From assembly GCA_013239625.1 (NCBI GenBank), contig MU054466.1, positions 744,001 to 808,000 on the forward strand: a stretch of DNA of 64,000 bases. Reading direction: 5' to 3'. Source of the DNA: Lama guanicoe. Lineage: Eukaryota. The first letter of the stretch is position 1; each line of letters starts with the position of its first letter. Below, piece after piece: positions 1 to 38,000 of this stretch. The notes under the pieces are model-generated. The model did not search any database. It saw only the letters and a list, made by a program, of their open reading frames with translations, and was not told the origin of the DNA. Position numbers and translations under genes: made by a program.

Positions 1-902
1 TTGGCAATGCTGTGCCTCTTTCTCAGTCAGCTCAAAGTCACAGGTGGTTTTTGGCCTCATTCACATCAGGCGGCCTGCACTTCCTGCTTCCCGCTCTCGT
101 GGACACCCAGCCCCGGGGGAGGGAGCCGCGGGGCAGGAAGCGGGCCGGGCACTCACACGCACCCAGGAGACCGGAGCTCTCTGTCCTCGTCCTTCTGGGC
201 CCTGGGCGTGGGACACGGGGTTACCGGACCCCGTCAGGTCCTGGGAGGGACCTGCTGGGTCAGCTCTCAGTCCCTCCTCTGCTGGAGACAGTTCTGCCGG
301 CAGGAGGGAAGGGCCGAGGGGCCCCACTACAGGACGCGCCATCCACCAGCAGGGCGAGGGGGCGGGCCCGAGCGCACTTGTCCCCTCCAGTCCCAAAGTA
401 CCACACTTGAGATTTTCTTCTGAAATAAAAGCCCTGAGCCAGGTCCCTTTGGTGTGAATGTGAAAACTGATGTGCCAGGGCTGGGCCAACAGCCCCCCGG
501 GCCCCTCCCTGCCCGCCGTCCGCTGCCCGCCTGCCCAGCTTCTGCCCCAGCCCGGCCTCCTTCCTGCCTCCTTCTCGGCTGCCCACCTGCCCAGCGGGAC
601 ACTGCTTCTTCACTGGGATGATGTTTCTTTTCTTTTCCTCTCTTTCCTCCCTTTTTGTATGAAAAAACCAACCTGCCCATGTCTTTCCCTGGCTTTGTTC
701 TTGTTTTCTGTGATTCTTATTTATCAATGATAGGTCTGAAAAAAGCGTGGGACCGAAATTTAGAAATATCCCCCTCACACTCGTGCAACTCCAGGCCCAC
801 GGGTTTTTGTCAAATCTCCCTCCACGACTTTTATCAGTAACTTCCTCACGGATGGGCTCCGTGCTGCTGGCTGAGCGGTAACTCTCCTTTCTTCTGTACC
901 AG

Positions 903-26590
<25,688 letters not shown>

Positions 26591-29110
26591 GCCCAGCTAA
26601 GCGCCTGCTTCCGGTCAGCTGGTCTCGCTCGGCCTCACCCAGGCCGCCAGTGAACCTGGAAATCCCGGAGGTCAGGCCGGGAGTGGAGTCTGACCGCTCT
26701 TGTGCTGCGGCCTCGCCTTCCAGACGAGCCCTGCCATTGCTCCTGCAGTGACTTAGTCCACTTCAGCTGAGAGGAGAGACAGCCTCTTGGTGAGACCGTG
26801 GAGGTGTGGGTCTGCGTGTGGCCTTGAGGTCTGTGACCCACTACCTCCCGTGCAGCTGGGGATCAGCCCGGATTCCAGATTGAGGTGCCCCCGCCTGTAC
26901 TGGCCCCCAAGCTGCTGGGAGAAGCAGTCACCTGACCGCAGCTGTTGTGACTCCAAACGCTGCTTTATCTGAGGCTCCCTGAGTGTCCTGCAAACCCTGA
27001 GTAAATCTCTGCCCTCACCCCACCCACAGCGAGTGCTGCTTTGCCTCTGAGGGGCAGGGGGGCCCAGGAGTCCAGCCGCGTCTGCCCCACCCCACTCCCT
27101 GCTCTGCACACGCTCTGGTCTCCCAGCCATGCTGTTGTGAGGTTTAAAAAACAAAACACACCGCTGACATCTAATCAGTGTGGTTAGTACCAAGGTGACT
27201 CACCCAGACGACAGCTTCAGTCCAGGATCCCAAACCACAGACGTTAAGTGCCCGGGTGACGTGTGCTGGGGGCCCCGCTGCAGGGCTGGGGGGGCGGTGA
27301 CAGAGGCTGCCTCTCACTTCCCCCCACCCCTGCTCTGCCTCTGCTACAGGCCACCCCCACCAAACTGCTCAACTGTTGGAAGGGTTTTTGTGGTGTTTTA
27401 TGTTGTATTTTGTTTTCAAGTGGCAGAAAAGCCGATGGTCACCCCCTGCCCCCGAGGTTGATCGGCAGACCCAAGAGGGGCCGGGGGACAGTGCTTTGCT
27501 TTCCTCCATCTGGGTTCCGTGGCCAGTGGTCCAGCCAGAGCAGGCCGTCAGGCCACCAGTGGGCAGCCCCTCGTGTTGGCAGCTTCACTTGGCAGACACG
27601 GGGCCAGGTTGGCCTGGGCGACAGGGACAGGACCCTGTCTGTACTCCTGTTCTAGAGTGAGGCCACCACGCCCAGCTCTGGGAGTAAGGAGCCAAGGCCT
27701 AAGCTGTGTAGGGCCAGGGTCCCCGCTGGTGGGGCTGAGCCCTCAACCCACAGCTAAGACAGGTGGACAGTACAGAGCTGCACATGGTGACTTCTATGCA
27801 GCGATGCAGCTGCAGCAGCAGTAGAAACGCTCTTTGCTGCATCCTGACACCACTTTGTTGAATTCCCTTCAATACATAGCGTCTGGAAGACGAGTGAGTT
27901 TGGGCAGGTCAGGAGGGCAGGGTCGCCCGGGAGGCCTGCAAGCTGAGTGTGGTGTGTGGGGAGCGGCCTGGCTGGTCGCCAAGCAAGTCTGCAGCCCTGG
28001 GCGTGAGACGCGAGCACTGTGGATTGGGGTTTGAAGGCTGGCAGCAAAGAGCACCTAGAAGGGACCGGAGCACATGTGCTCAGCGGAGATGCCGGGAGCT
28101 CTGGCCAGCGGGCTGTCAAAGGTCAGAGCGGAGAGAGCACAAAGGGTCGGGCAAAGCCCATCCTTAGGCCAGACACACGTGCTGGGGCCGCACATCAGGT
28201 CCAGGCAGACAGGAAAGTTGAGTGGAGGCGCTTAGCAAGTCCATTTTCCTGGCCTGCCCTCCTCCCTCTGGCCCACAGCCGACCCGTGGGTCTCCCTCAC
28301 CCCAGGGATGGGGAGTTGTGTCATTAGTTCCTGATCCCGAATCCGAGTCTGCTGTGAAATGTGACCACCCACTGGGACAGACTGACAGCCATGACGCCCT
28401 CACACAGCCTGTGGCTTCCCCTGAGGCCGCCCTGGGAGCCACGTTTCACTGAGATGGGCATCCCGGAGCCGTGGGGTTTCACCACTAGGGGGAGGGTCGG
28501 ACTAACGAGCGTTTACGAGGAAACAGCTCTGGGGCTCTGGGACACAGGGGCTGGGTGGAACCAGAGGACAGTGTGACCCCCACCCCCTGGGGAGGGGTCT
28601 CTGGGAGCAGTCCTTGTGTACCCCACAGGCGGTGCTCAGGACCTTGGGATCTTGGGGCCGCAGCCCTGGGGGTCCTGCCGAGTCTCCCTGGACCCCCGCA
28701 CACTGCTGCAGCCTAACCTTCTTCTCAGGACAAGGGGCAAGGGGCTAGAGCCGGCAGGAGCCTGGCCGGGATGTATCTGGGCTCTAACTCCAGAGGCTGC
28801 AGGGAGGTGAGGCGCTCCCCATTGGGGAATGGACCCTGCTGCCTCAGTGGTCTCACCACTGTTGCGTTCTAACCCACCCCTTCCTCCAGGCCGGAATGAA
28901 TCATCAGTGTCTCAGCCCTGCAGAGCCATCTTCCCCTCTTGGTGCCGTGGTTCTCTCTCTGTCTCATAAACTATTAGTGACTTCACTAGACTCAGATGAC
29001 GTGCTTTTGGTGAAGATTCTTTAAAAAGTGAGACTGGTAAAGCAGCGTGTTCCAGGCCCACACGCTCACCCTGCAGACAACAAAACAGATCTGGTGCCAC
29101 CTGACTGTGC

Positions 29111-29116
29111 TTTACT
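29111..29116 (-). terminator. Probable NDUFAF8 poly(A) signal (variant AGTAAA)
   Basis: AGTAAA on minus strand ~180 nt after the stop, with a GU/U-rich element (TGTTTTGTTGTCTG) ~25-35 nt downstream. Confidence 0.55.
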
Positions 29117-29298
29117 GTTGGTTCCCTGCATCTTGTTCTACCCCAAACCCTCACTTGCACGAGGCTGGAAAACCCACTCCCCTCTGCTCGCGTCTTCTGG
29201 GCCTTTTAGTCCCAAGAGCTTTCGAGGTGTTAGATGTCTGCCCCTGGGGGCCGTCCGTGCCACGCACCCGGGACGTGAAGTGGAGCATTTGGTCCTTC

Positions 29299-29328
29299 CT
29301 AGCGGCCTCCCGTCAGGGTCTTCTTGGC
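29299..29328 (-). CDS. NDUFAF8: NDUFAF8 exon 3 coding part (AKKTLTGGR*)
   Basis: tttcttttccAG|GCC AAG AAG ACC CTG ACG GGA GGC CGC TAG. Confidence 0.9.
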   Translation of the reverse strand, partial: AKKTLTGGR

Positions 29329-31609
29329 CTGGAAAAGAAAGTGTTTTGTCTGAATGGGTGGTTTCCAGGTGAGACGTGGCATTGAAGTAAGAAAACTACC
29401 ACACCAAATGCCACCTTCTGGCAAATACCTTACAAAGAGCACGGCTCTGGATGTGTGGCGGGGGCCCCTGGGACTGGGTCTCCAGTGCAGCCTTCACAGG
29501 CCACGGGGCTCTGCCCCGTGACATGAGCCATGCCTGTCTGTGTTAGGCCCCATGCAGGGCCACCACCATGTCAGGTTGAGTCCTCACCAGGTGGCAGGAA
29601 CCCCTTCTACAGAGAAAACTCTGAGGTCAGAGGTGCTGAAACACTGGCCCAGGGACAGGGCGCCTGGGATACGGCTGGAAATGGAGCCCAGAGCCCTCTG
29701 CCCCACATGTGGGCCCATGGGGCCTCAGGTTCCAAGCAGGATGGGCAAAAATGGGTTCATCGGCACATGCCCTCAGGTGAGAAGCTCCCAGGTTCCCTGT
29801 CCTGACCTTCCAGATCCCGGGGCCTGTGGCTGGGTCCCCCTCAGTGGAAAATGGCACTAGAGGCAGCGAGGTGCTCCTGGGGGCTAGACATGACAAAGAC
29901 AGAGCGCGTTGGGACTCACTGATGACCAGGTGCGTGTGGTGGGTCACTCCTGCCTAACCACGAAGCGCGGCAGGGAAGGAGAGTGATCTCATCTCACGTG
30001 CGAATCCCCCCAGCCGTGACCGCAGAGGAGGTTTGTCCCCTCCTGGGGAAGTGCTGTAAGTAAAGCAGGGTGTCTACCAAGAGGCAGGAAGGAAGTCCAA
30101 GGAACACGTGCAGGGCGGATGAACGGCCCACGTCGGATCGGAAGTTGGTGACAAGGGCCGAGGCCGCACGTCCCAGCCACAATGGCGAGGATGGAGCAAG
30201 GAGTTCTCTGAGCGCTCCGGGAAACGAGGGACAGCCCGCGTAGTCTCGGCCATCCCGCAACGTCAGTCAGTTGTCTCAGATTCCCTGAATTCTGCCGAGC
30301 TGACCCAAGTGCCCTCTCTCTGGTTCAGTTTTCTGGGTCAGCAGCTCTGATTAACTGGTATCATGGCCCATCCCAGACACCCCAGGCCATGGAGACTTAG
30401 AGCTGTGACACCTTGGGCACTAGCTCAAGACCCTATGTTAAAGGCTCATGACAGGCAGTCTCAGCCCCTTTCCCCTCTCCTTGGGACTCTGAACTTCCAG
30501 CTTGGTTCCCCAGACAGTTCCTCCCCCCTGGGCTCCCAAGAGTTGGTCTCCTCCAGTCCTGCTTCCTCCTCATCCTTTTTGAAAATGCACCAACGCCACA
30601 CCGTGGTTCTCTCTTGTGCACAGGGTTTAGCGATTTTCACCCGCATAGCATTTGACCAGATGGGGATCTGAAGGTGAGGCACCTCAGAATGGAAGGCAGC
30701 CGACCTGAGTGGTCAGAGGAAGAACTGAGTCCTGAGCCAGGAGAACAGACTGTTCCCAGCTCAAGAAGGGGCCGGTGGCCTGGGTGGAGGACTCCACAGC
30801 CGCTGCAGCCTCGGTAATAATGGCAAACCCAAGATACACGCTCTACTGGTTCTCTTTCCCCTCCTAAATGGGGTAGTCGTGCGCCGGGAGTCGGGGTGCC
30901 CGGGCTCAGCACACGCTAGGTAGACCCTCGGTTGTCACTGCCCATGCGCAGCACACACGTGGGTCCTAAACACCAGCAGGTGCCAGGACGCCCGCTCTTG
31001 GAGCCCTGGGCTGAGGTTCGTTTTGGTATTAACCCCCGCGACAGTACCACATAAGGTTACAAGGCGCTGGGGGGGCACACGATGAGGGTGGTGTTCCCCC
31101 ACCTCACGGACGCGCGAGTTCTATGGCGGCGGGGATCGCGCCGGCTAGAGGGCCGCGTCTGAGGCTAGCGCCCACCGCTGAACCCAGAAGGATGCCGGCG
31201 GTCCCGGGCAGACACGTGGGTCTCCGCCCCCAGTGTCCCTCCCCCGGGCGGGGCGGAGCCCACCTACCGCGGCGGCGAAGCAGCTCCGCAGGGCCTCGAA
31301 CTCCTGCGCGCAGAGGTCCTTCCTCAGACGGCCGCCCGGGGCCGTGGACGCATGCACGCACCTGCCGTAGGCCGCGGCCTGGGGGCGGGAAGGAGACGGG
31401 CGAGGGTCGCGGCGACCCCTGCATCCGCCGGTCATCCGTGTAGACCCCGTCGCCGCCGCTCCCCGGTCACCACCACCCCACCGCCGCCCCACGCAGCCCC
31501 TCCTGCCCCCGGGAAGGCTCCGCACCTCGGCCCCACAGGCCGCCAGGCGCTCGGGGAAGGAGCGGAGACGGCTTCGCACGCGACCCCACACCGCCCCGTT
31601 CCCCGACAT
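29299..31609 (-). CDS. NDUFAF8: NDUFAF8 (C17orf89) complex I assembly factor, 74 aa: complement(join(29299-29328,31268-31378,31526-31609))
   Basis: MSGNGAVWGRVRSRLRSFPERLAACGAE|AAAYGRCVHASTAPGGRLRKDLCAQEFEALRSCFAAA|AKKTLTGGR*; 84+111+30=225 nt; twin CX9C (C25/C35, C51/C61); GT-AG introns. Confidence 0.96.
29570..29705. mobile_element. MIR fragment
   Basis: MIR core-like ttctacagagaaaactctgaggtcagagg...tggcccaggg. Confidence 0.5.
31268..31378 (-). CDS. NDUFAF8: NDUFAF8 exon 2
   Basis: cccAG|...GCG|GTaggt, 111 nt. Confidence 0.93.
31526..31609 (-). CDS. NDUFAF8: NDUFAF8 exon 1 coding part
   Basis: ATG at 31609; GAG|GTgcgg donor. Confidence 0.93.
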
Positions 31610-31975
31610 GAGCGGCTCTTCCTGGCACTCGTGGGCGCCGCCATCTTAGGTCCATCCTCTTCCGGCGCTCAACAGCTTGATAGGTCGGCGGTCCCGCCCA
31701 TCACCTTTCCTCTGCCTTGTAATTGGCTAGGCTTCTCCTCGCCTCGGTCTCTCCTCCGGAACCGCGCCTTGTTCCTCAGAGCCCTGCAATTGGCTTGTGG
31801 CCTTGTCTATCTTTGACCTTGGACTTTAGATTGGTTCAGGCTCAAATTGTTTACTGAAGTCGGCCTCAGGGCCCGCCCCACACGAGCGATTGGCCAGCGA
31901 GCCCAGGCCAGCGCAGTGACTGGAGGGGGCCCAGGCCTGGCGGAAGCGGGGCGGGGCCGGAAGGTGACCGGCATC

Positions 31976-32023
31976 ATGGCTGCCACGCCGCAGCTGCGGG
32001 ACCGTCTGAGCTTCTTGCACCGG
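31976..32023 (+). CDS. TEPSIN: TEPSIN exon 1 coding part
   Basis: atcATGG start; CGG|GTgagt. Confidence 0.93.
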
Positions 32024-35000
32024 GTGAGTGCGGGCGGCCCCGGCCTCTCCCCGGGCCCAAGCCGACCACTTCTGTGGCCCTGCTTGGCCCCAGCCTGGTC
32101 CCCGCGCTCCGGGCCCTCCGGCTCTTCCCGGGGTCGGTGTCCCCTCCGTCCTCCTCCGGCCCCTCCATCCCCTCTATCCCCTTTGACCCTTCCGACCCCT
32201 CCCACCTCTCACCTCGCCTCTTCTCCCTCCTTCCCGCCCCTCCGACGCCGCAGACCCCTCCTCTTCTCCCCTCCGACCCTTCCGCCCCTCCCGCGGCTGG
32301 GGGGCCGCACCGCACGTACTTGGAGGGGTCAGGTCAGACCACCGCAGTGTCAGGTCCACTGGGGACTGTGAGACCCCTTGAACAGTATCCAAGTCGGAGA
32401 AGAGAGCCGTGGGACCCAAAGTTTTGTTTTTTTCAACCTAATTTGAAGTAGCATTAGAGAAAAAGAAACCCAGTGAGCCGTGAACTCTGTCCACAGTAAA
32501 CACAACCAGACACTGGCCTGGGAGCAGGGGAAAACCGTTTATTCCGCAGCCCTGATGGGAGGGAAGGCCCTGCGCGCCCCTCCAAGCTGTGGCAAGAGGG
32601 CCGGACGTTTTTAAGGCAGAACTAGGGAGGAGCGGTGCCCAGCTGCAGAGTTAGGCGGAGTGGGGCAGTGTCGGTGGGATAGGCTGCTCTGTCTGATAGC
32701 TGGCAGTTATCCTCCTTTGGGGACTGGGAGACAGGCCCTGTCCTTCCTGGTGGTTATGTTTCCAGGAATGGGCTCCAGGTCCTTCAGAAAGAGGCTCCTG
32801 AGTTGTAGGAGGTCCACATGCACAGTTGTAGGTTCTTTTTAGAAAATGCTCCAGGAGTGGGAGGCTGGGGCTTGTCACCAGGTGTAGGCCAGAACTAACA
32901 GGAAATTCTCCTGGCGCCTTGAACTTCCTCAGGTAGGTGTTTGGTTGGGGTGGGGGGTGGCTGGGCTTACCCTGGTGCTTTTAGAAGCCCCCTCAGTTCA
33001 GCTCCCCTTTTGGTCTTGGTGGACAAATCATGTAAGCAGTGTGAGCACACAGCCTCAGATGACATTCAGGCAGGTCTTGTGACACTAGGCATCCACCAAT
33101 CAAATTGCGTCTGTGGCCAGCGCCTCACAGTGCACCTGAGGCCTTCTGTCCTGTCTACACCGAGCCTCGCGCCCCGCAGATGCACAGTGATGGGGGAGTG
33201 GATGTTTCCCGTTTTCACGTCTGTAAACAGTATGTCTCTGTGCGGAGTGAGCACGTATCGTAAAGGCGTTTGTGCTCACAGGTAACCGTGAGACGCTCAA
33301 GGAATTAAGTTGTTCTTGCTCTGGCTTATTTCTGTGAGGCCCATGCCCGGGAGTGGAGCTGTGGGGCGGTCAGGCCGAATGGCTGTGTCACGTTGCTGAT
33401 CTGTGCTCCAGGAGAAATGGAACCTTCCCGGTGCCCTGCGCGGGAAGGGGGCTCGTCTTGAGTTGTTCTGGGTTTTTTTTGCCAGTCAGTAAGTGGGTAC
33501 ATGTAAAGTCGCCTTTACGTTGCTGTGTGGCTGCAAGCATAGGGCCCTGGGGGCCGTGACAAATCCGGACCCAAGCAGAGGGCCCGTCGCCGTGGAGACC
33601 ACCACCTTCCGGGGCGTTTGTCCCACCCTCCGGCAGGGAGGCTCCTGTGGGCTCTCTGTGGCTGTGGGACCGCAGCAGTCCTGGCCGGGCCCCCTGACCA
33701 GATGGCGCGTCAGGAGTAGGATGTGTGGAGACTGGGACCGCTGCAGCCCTGCGGACAGGGCCCTGTGGCCCCCTCGGCAGCGGCTGGCCTCCCGGCTGCC
33801 GCGGGCCCCGTGTACGCGGCCGCTCACTGTGGGTGGGGCTCCGCTCCCTTTCAGCTCCCGATCCTCCTGAAGGGCACGGCGGACGACGATGTCCCGTGCC
33901 CCGGCTACCTGTTTGAGGAGATCGCCAGTATCCTTCCCGCGGACGCCTGGGGGCTGGGGCAGGGTTGCTGGGCTTCTCCTGCCCGAGGGGCCCCGGGCCC
34001 CGTCCCCGTAGTAACCAGTGTGGGCGGGGCCTAATGGCCGCATTCATCCCAAACCAGGGCCTGGGGTGGGTGCCTGCAGCGGGGCAGCGCGGCTTCTTCC
34101 CCGCCCCACCCCCCGGCCAGCCGGCCTCCTGCGGCCCAGGGTCAGCTCGCCCCTTCCCTAACCCGAGTGCCTCCCAGAGATCTCCCACGAGTCCCTGGGC
34201 AGCAGCCAGTGCCTCCTGGAGTACCTCCTGAGCCGCCTGCACAGCGGCTCCGGCCGCGTGAAGCTCAAGGTGAGTCTGAGCGTCTCGGCAGGCCCTCCCC
34301 GGGGTCAGGTCGAGGCCCAGGTCCTGCCCCAGGTGAGGCCGGCGGCAGGGGGCTCTGCTGGGTGGGGTCCCCTCCTTTGGGCCCAGCTCGGCCCCACCTA
34401 TCTGTCGCCCCAGGTGCTGAAGATCATGCTGCACCTGTGTAGCCACGGCTCCCAGTCCTTCCTGCTCATCCTGCAGCGCAACCCCGCCTTCATCCAGGAA
34501 GCCGCAGGTACGGGGTCTGCCCAGCCGGCCCCACCGAGGCACAGGGAGCAGGGCGGCTGGGGCAGGTCGCAGCCGGATCGGTAGCCTGGGCCCCCGCCTC
34601 CCTGACCCTCCCCCGTGCTTCCCCAGGCCCCATCCACGCCGTCATCCACTGCCAACACCTCTCTCCGCTCCCACCACACAGGACCCTTTCCTCCTCCCTG
34701 CCCGGCAGACTCCGCTGGGGTCTCCTCCAAGCCCTGCCTCCTCTCAGCCTCCCCCCACCTGCCACCCCACTCCTCCACTGCACTTACCACGCAGGGCGGA
34801 ATGGCCGTGTCTGTCTCTGAGCCCTGCCAGGTCTTTGTGGCCAGACTTTTCCTGTCTGCCCCTGTGACCTGTGTGCTGTAGGCTTTCGGCAAGCGTCTGT
34901 GCTGCCGTCCCTGCCACGGGCTCTCTCTTCTCCCCAGGGCTGCTCCCCGGGGCCCTAGTAAACCTTCCGCTCTCAGAAGGGCTGTGGGAGGACGGGACTG

Positions 35001-38000
35001 GTGAGGCCATCAGGAGAGGTGGGGCTCTGGCCTGTCGTGATCCAGGCGACAGGTGGGTCTGGGGTGGAGTCCCGTCCCTCACCCATCCCCCGGGCCAGGG
35101 TCGTCCCGCGCCTCTTGTTAACACAGACTTGCGAGCTGGGGGCCTGAGGTCTGCTCCTTGGGTGGGGCGAATGGAACAGGGAGGCCTTGGCCTTCAGGCA
35201 AGAACCCACCCAACCAAGCTGTCCCCAAGAGGGCAGCGCCACGATGGGGACCAAGTCCTCTGGCCACCACTTGCAGGAGATCCTCGGTAGTTACAGAGTA
35301 TGTCCCACCCGCCGGGTGCTGGGACTCACCTGCCTGCATCCTTTACTGCAGATGGGGCTACGGCCAGGGTGGGGCGGGGCTGCCTGTGGTCCTGGGCAGC
35401 TGTGTCGGTGCTTTGGAGATGGAGCAGCCTGGGAAGGGGCCCAGAGGCACCAGGGCTGGGGTGCACCCATCACAGCCGAGCTCCCCAGAGCTCGTGCCCC
35501 GCAGCAGTCCTGCTGGGTCATCCTCACCAGCTGGCAGGTCACAGTGACCCACTGGGCAGCTTGCACAGCTGCGGCGGGTGCCGGGGGTCACCTCTGTCCT
35601 GGTCCCCTGGAAGAGAGCAGGTGAAACGGACTGAGGGCAGCAGACCGGGTTCTCTGTTGGCACCAAAATCTCTCCAGCTCTGAGCACTGGCCCCAGGGGA
35701 CGGTGCGCAGATAGCCCTGCATGGGCTGTGAGAGGAGGTGGTGCTGGGGCGGGGGGGTGCACAGAGAGGACAGTCCTGTGTCTGGGGTCCAGCAGGGTCC
35801 TGCAGGGAGGGTGGGAGCTGCAGCAGGAACGGCAGGGAGGTGCTGCTGTCCCTTCACTCCTCCTGTGTCCGGCTGCCCGCCCACTGGTTGCGGGGCCATG
35901 GTCTGCACATCCTGGGGCTGGCACCAGCCAGGTGAGAAGAGAGATGCGTTTGGACAGAGGAAACAGGCAGGCCCTGCTCTCGCTCTGAGCCCTGAGAGGA
36001 GGGGGGAGTGAGGCACGCGCGGTGGTGGGGGTTGTCCCCCCGGGAGTGCAAGGGCCCTGAGGCAGGGAGAGCCTGGGCGGGGTGTAGTGCAGCGGAAGCT
36101 CACCTGATGAGGCCCGACTGAAGCTTTACGAGAGGAGACGATTGAGGCCGAGGAACCTGAGTTTTACTGTCAAGCCCCTGGGATACTCGAGGGTTTTGAG
36201 TTGCACGAGGCCCCGTTCCGGTTGCCGCCGGGTGGTGGAGGGGTCCGGGGAGGCGGTTGGGCTGCTGGTGCAAGAGCCCAGGCAAGAGGCGGCCGTGGGG
36301 TCAGGGAGCGACGCGCCCTGTGGTGCCCCGGAGGTCGGATCTCAGCCTCGTGGCTTGGGGTGTGGGCGAGGGGGAAGCCGAGGGGCTGCGAGGGCCGGGC
36401 TGTCGCGGGCCTGGGATGGCGGGGCATCTGTGCTTTATAAAGCCCACCCCGGCCCCACAGACACGGGCTGGCGGGGGGCACGGAGCTCAGGCTGCCCATG
36501 CAGGGAGGGGGCTTGCAGGCCACGCCCCTCGAGGTGGTCCACAGAGCCCAGCTTGGCTCTCCTCTCTCTGCCTCGTCTGCAGTTTTCACAGGCCCCCCGG
36601 ACCCTCTCCACGGGAACAGCTTGTACCAGAGGGTGCGGGCGGCCGCCCAGGTGAGCCCGGGACCCCGGTCGCTCCCTGTCCCCCCACCCAGGGTCCTGGC
36701 TCTACCCCTGCTGCAGGGCTGGAGCCCTGTGCGTGGTCCTCTGGGGAGGGGTGTGTGCGGAGCAGGGGCAGGGCGACAGCGGTGGGCTCACGGCAGTGCT
36801 GAGTGTCTGCTGTCTTCACCCAGGACTTGGGGGCTGCCCTGTTCTCAGACGCCTTGTCACCTCTGCCTCCCTCCCAGCCTTCCAGGGCCCTGCCTCCAGC
36901 AGGTATGCAACCATGTCCATCACGGGGGGCCAGGTTCCCCTCTGGGCGGGCTCATGGTCCCTCCTCCCCTAGTGTCCCGGGTGTGCTCACTGCTCCTCGG
37001 AGGGCCACTGACACGGGCGTCCCCGCAGGCATGGGCTCCCAGTCCAGGCCCCAGAGTGCCCTGCAGGGCTTCGGCTACAGCAAGGAGCGGGGCCACACAG
37101 GTGAGTGCTGAAGGGGCGAGGGGCCGGCCGATGGGGCGAGGGGGCGAGGCGGCGAGTGGGCCCCTCAGGCCCCACACTGACATCCCTCCCACCCCTGGCA
37201 GCAGGGCAGGTGTGGTCGGCTCTGCTTAACTGACAGGTGAGAAGCCAGGTTGAAGGTCAGCCTGCACTTGGGCCCCCAGCTCTGCTCCTCTGAGGGCAGA
37301 GGGCGGGGGCCCCAGCTGTGACAGAGATGACCTAGGGCAGGAACGGTGCCAGTCATGCTTGCTGGGGGTGCCTGCGGCTTGCAGCGGGGCCGTGTGGCCC
37401 TCTTGTGGGCTCTGGGCTGTGTCCCGCTGTTGTGCTAATGGTCCTGGTCCTGGTCCCCGCTCTCAGTCCCCTGGTCCTTCTGAAGTTCTGATCCCTGAGG
37501 TGGGTCTGCCTTGGAGACCTCACCTGTTCTTAATTTGGGGGTGATGGTTGGATCCCTTCCTTGGGGTGCTCACACAGGAGAGCCCCCAGCACTGGACATG
37601 AGCCTCCCTAAGCGCCCACGGAGGTTTGGGGCTCTCAGGACAAGCAGGAGGCCCCTTGCTCTGAGGCGGGGACCCAGGGGACCGAGGGGCACAGCTGAGC
37701 TGTAAGCTGCCGAGTGTTCAGGCTGCACTGGGCCAGAGCATGCTGAAGTGAGTTCACCGGAGAAGCTTCCCGACGGGCCTGGTTCCTCTGCGCGCCCTCT
37801 GCTCTGTGCAGCTTGTGTCCTGACCTCCAAGCCATGGGTGGGGAGCAGCGTGGAGACAGGGCGTGGGGGTGGTGGCTGCACCATGTCCCCTCTCCCTCTG
37901 GTGCAGGCTCTGCAGGTGAAGCCTTCCTGTCCACCATCCAGAAGGCCGCAGAGGTGGTGGCCAGCGCTGTGCGCCCTGGGCCTGAGAGCCCCAGCACCCA

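Larger units (their letters stand above)
31050..32330. promoter_or_regulatory. CpG island / bidirectional promoter of NDUFAF8 and TEPSIN
   Basis: CpG-dense; ATGs 366 bp apart and divergent. YY1 motif 31637-31647, four ATTGG boxes (31722, 31789, 31830, 31889), TGACCTTGG ERR/NR5A-type site 31814, CGGAAG ETS sites and GC box 31941-31965. Confidence 0.88.

Noticed and set aside
29990-30400. Possible ERVL/MaLR internal-plus-LTR remnant in NDUFAF8 intron 2
   Set aside because: Only vague resemblance; no convincing PBS, termini or TSD by eye. It needs RepeatMasker.
31145-31609. 154-aa single-exon version of NDUFAF8
   Set aside because: Intron 1 (147 nt) happens to be in frame and stop-free. Splicing gives the 74-aa twin CX9C protein with correct Cys spacing.
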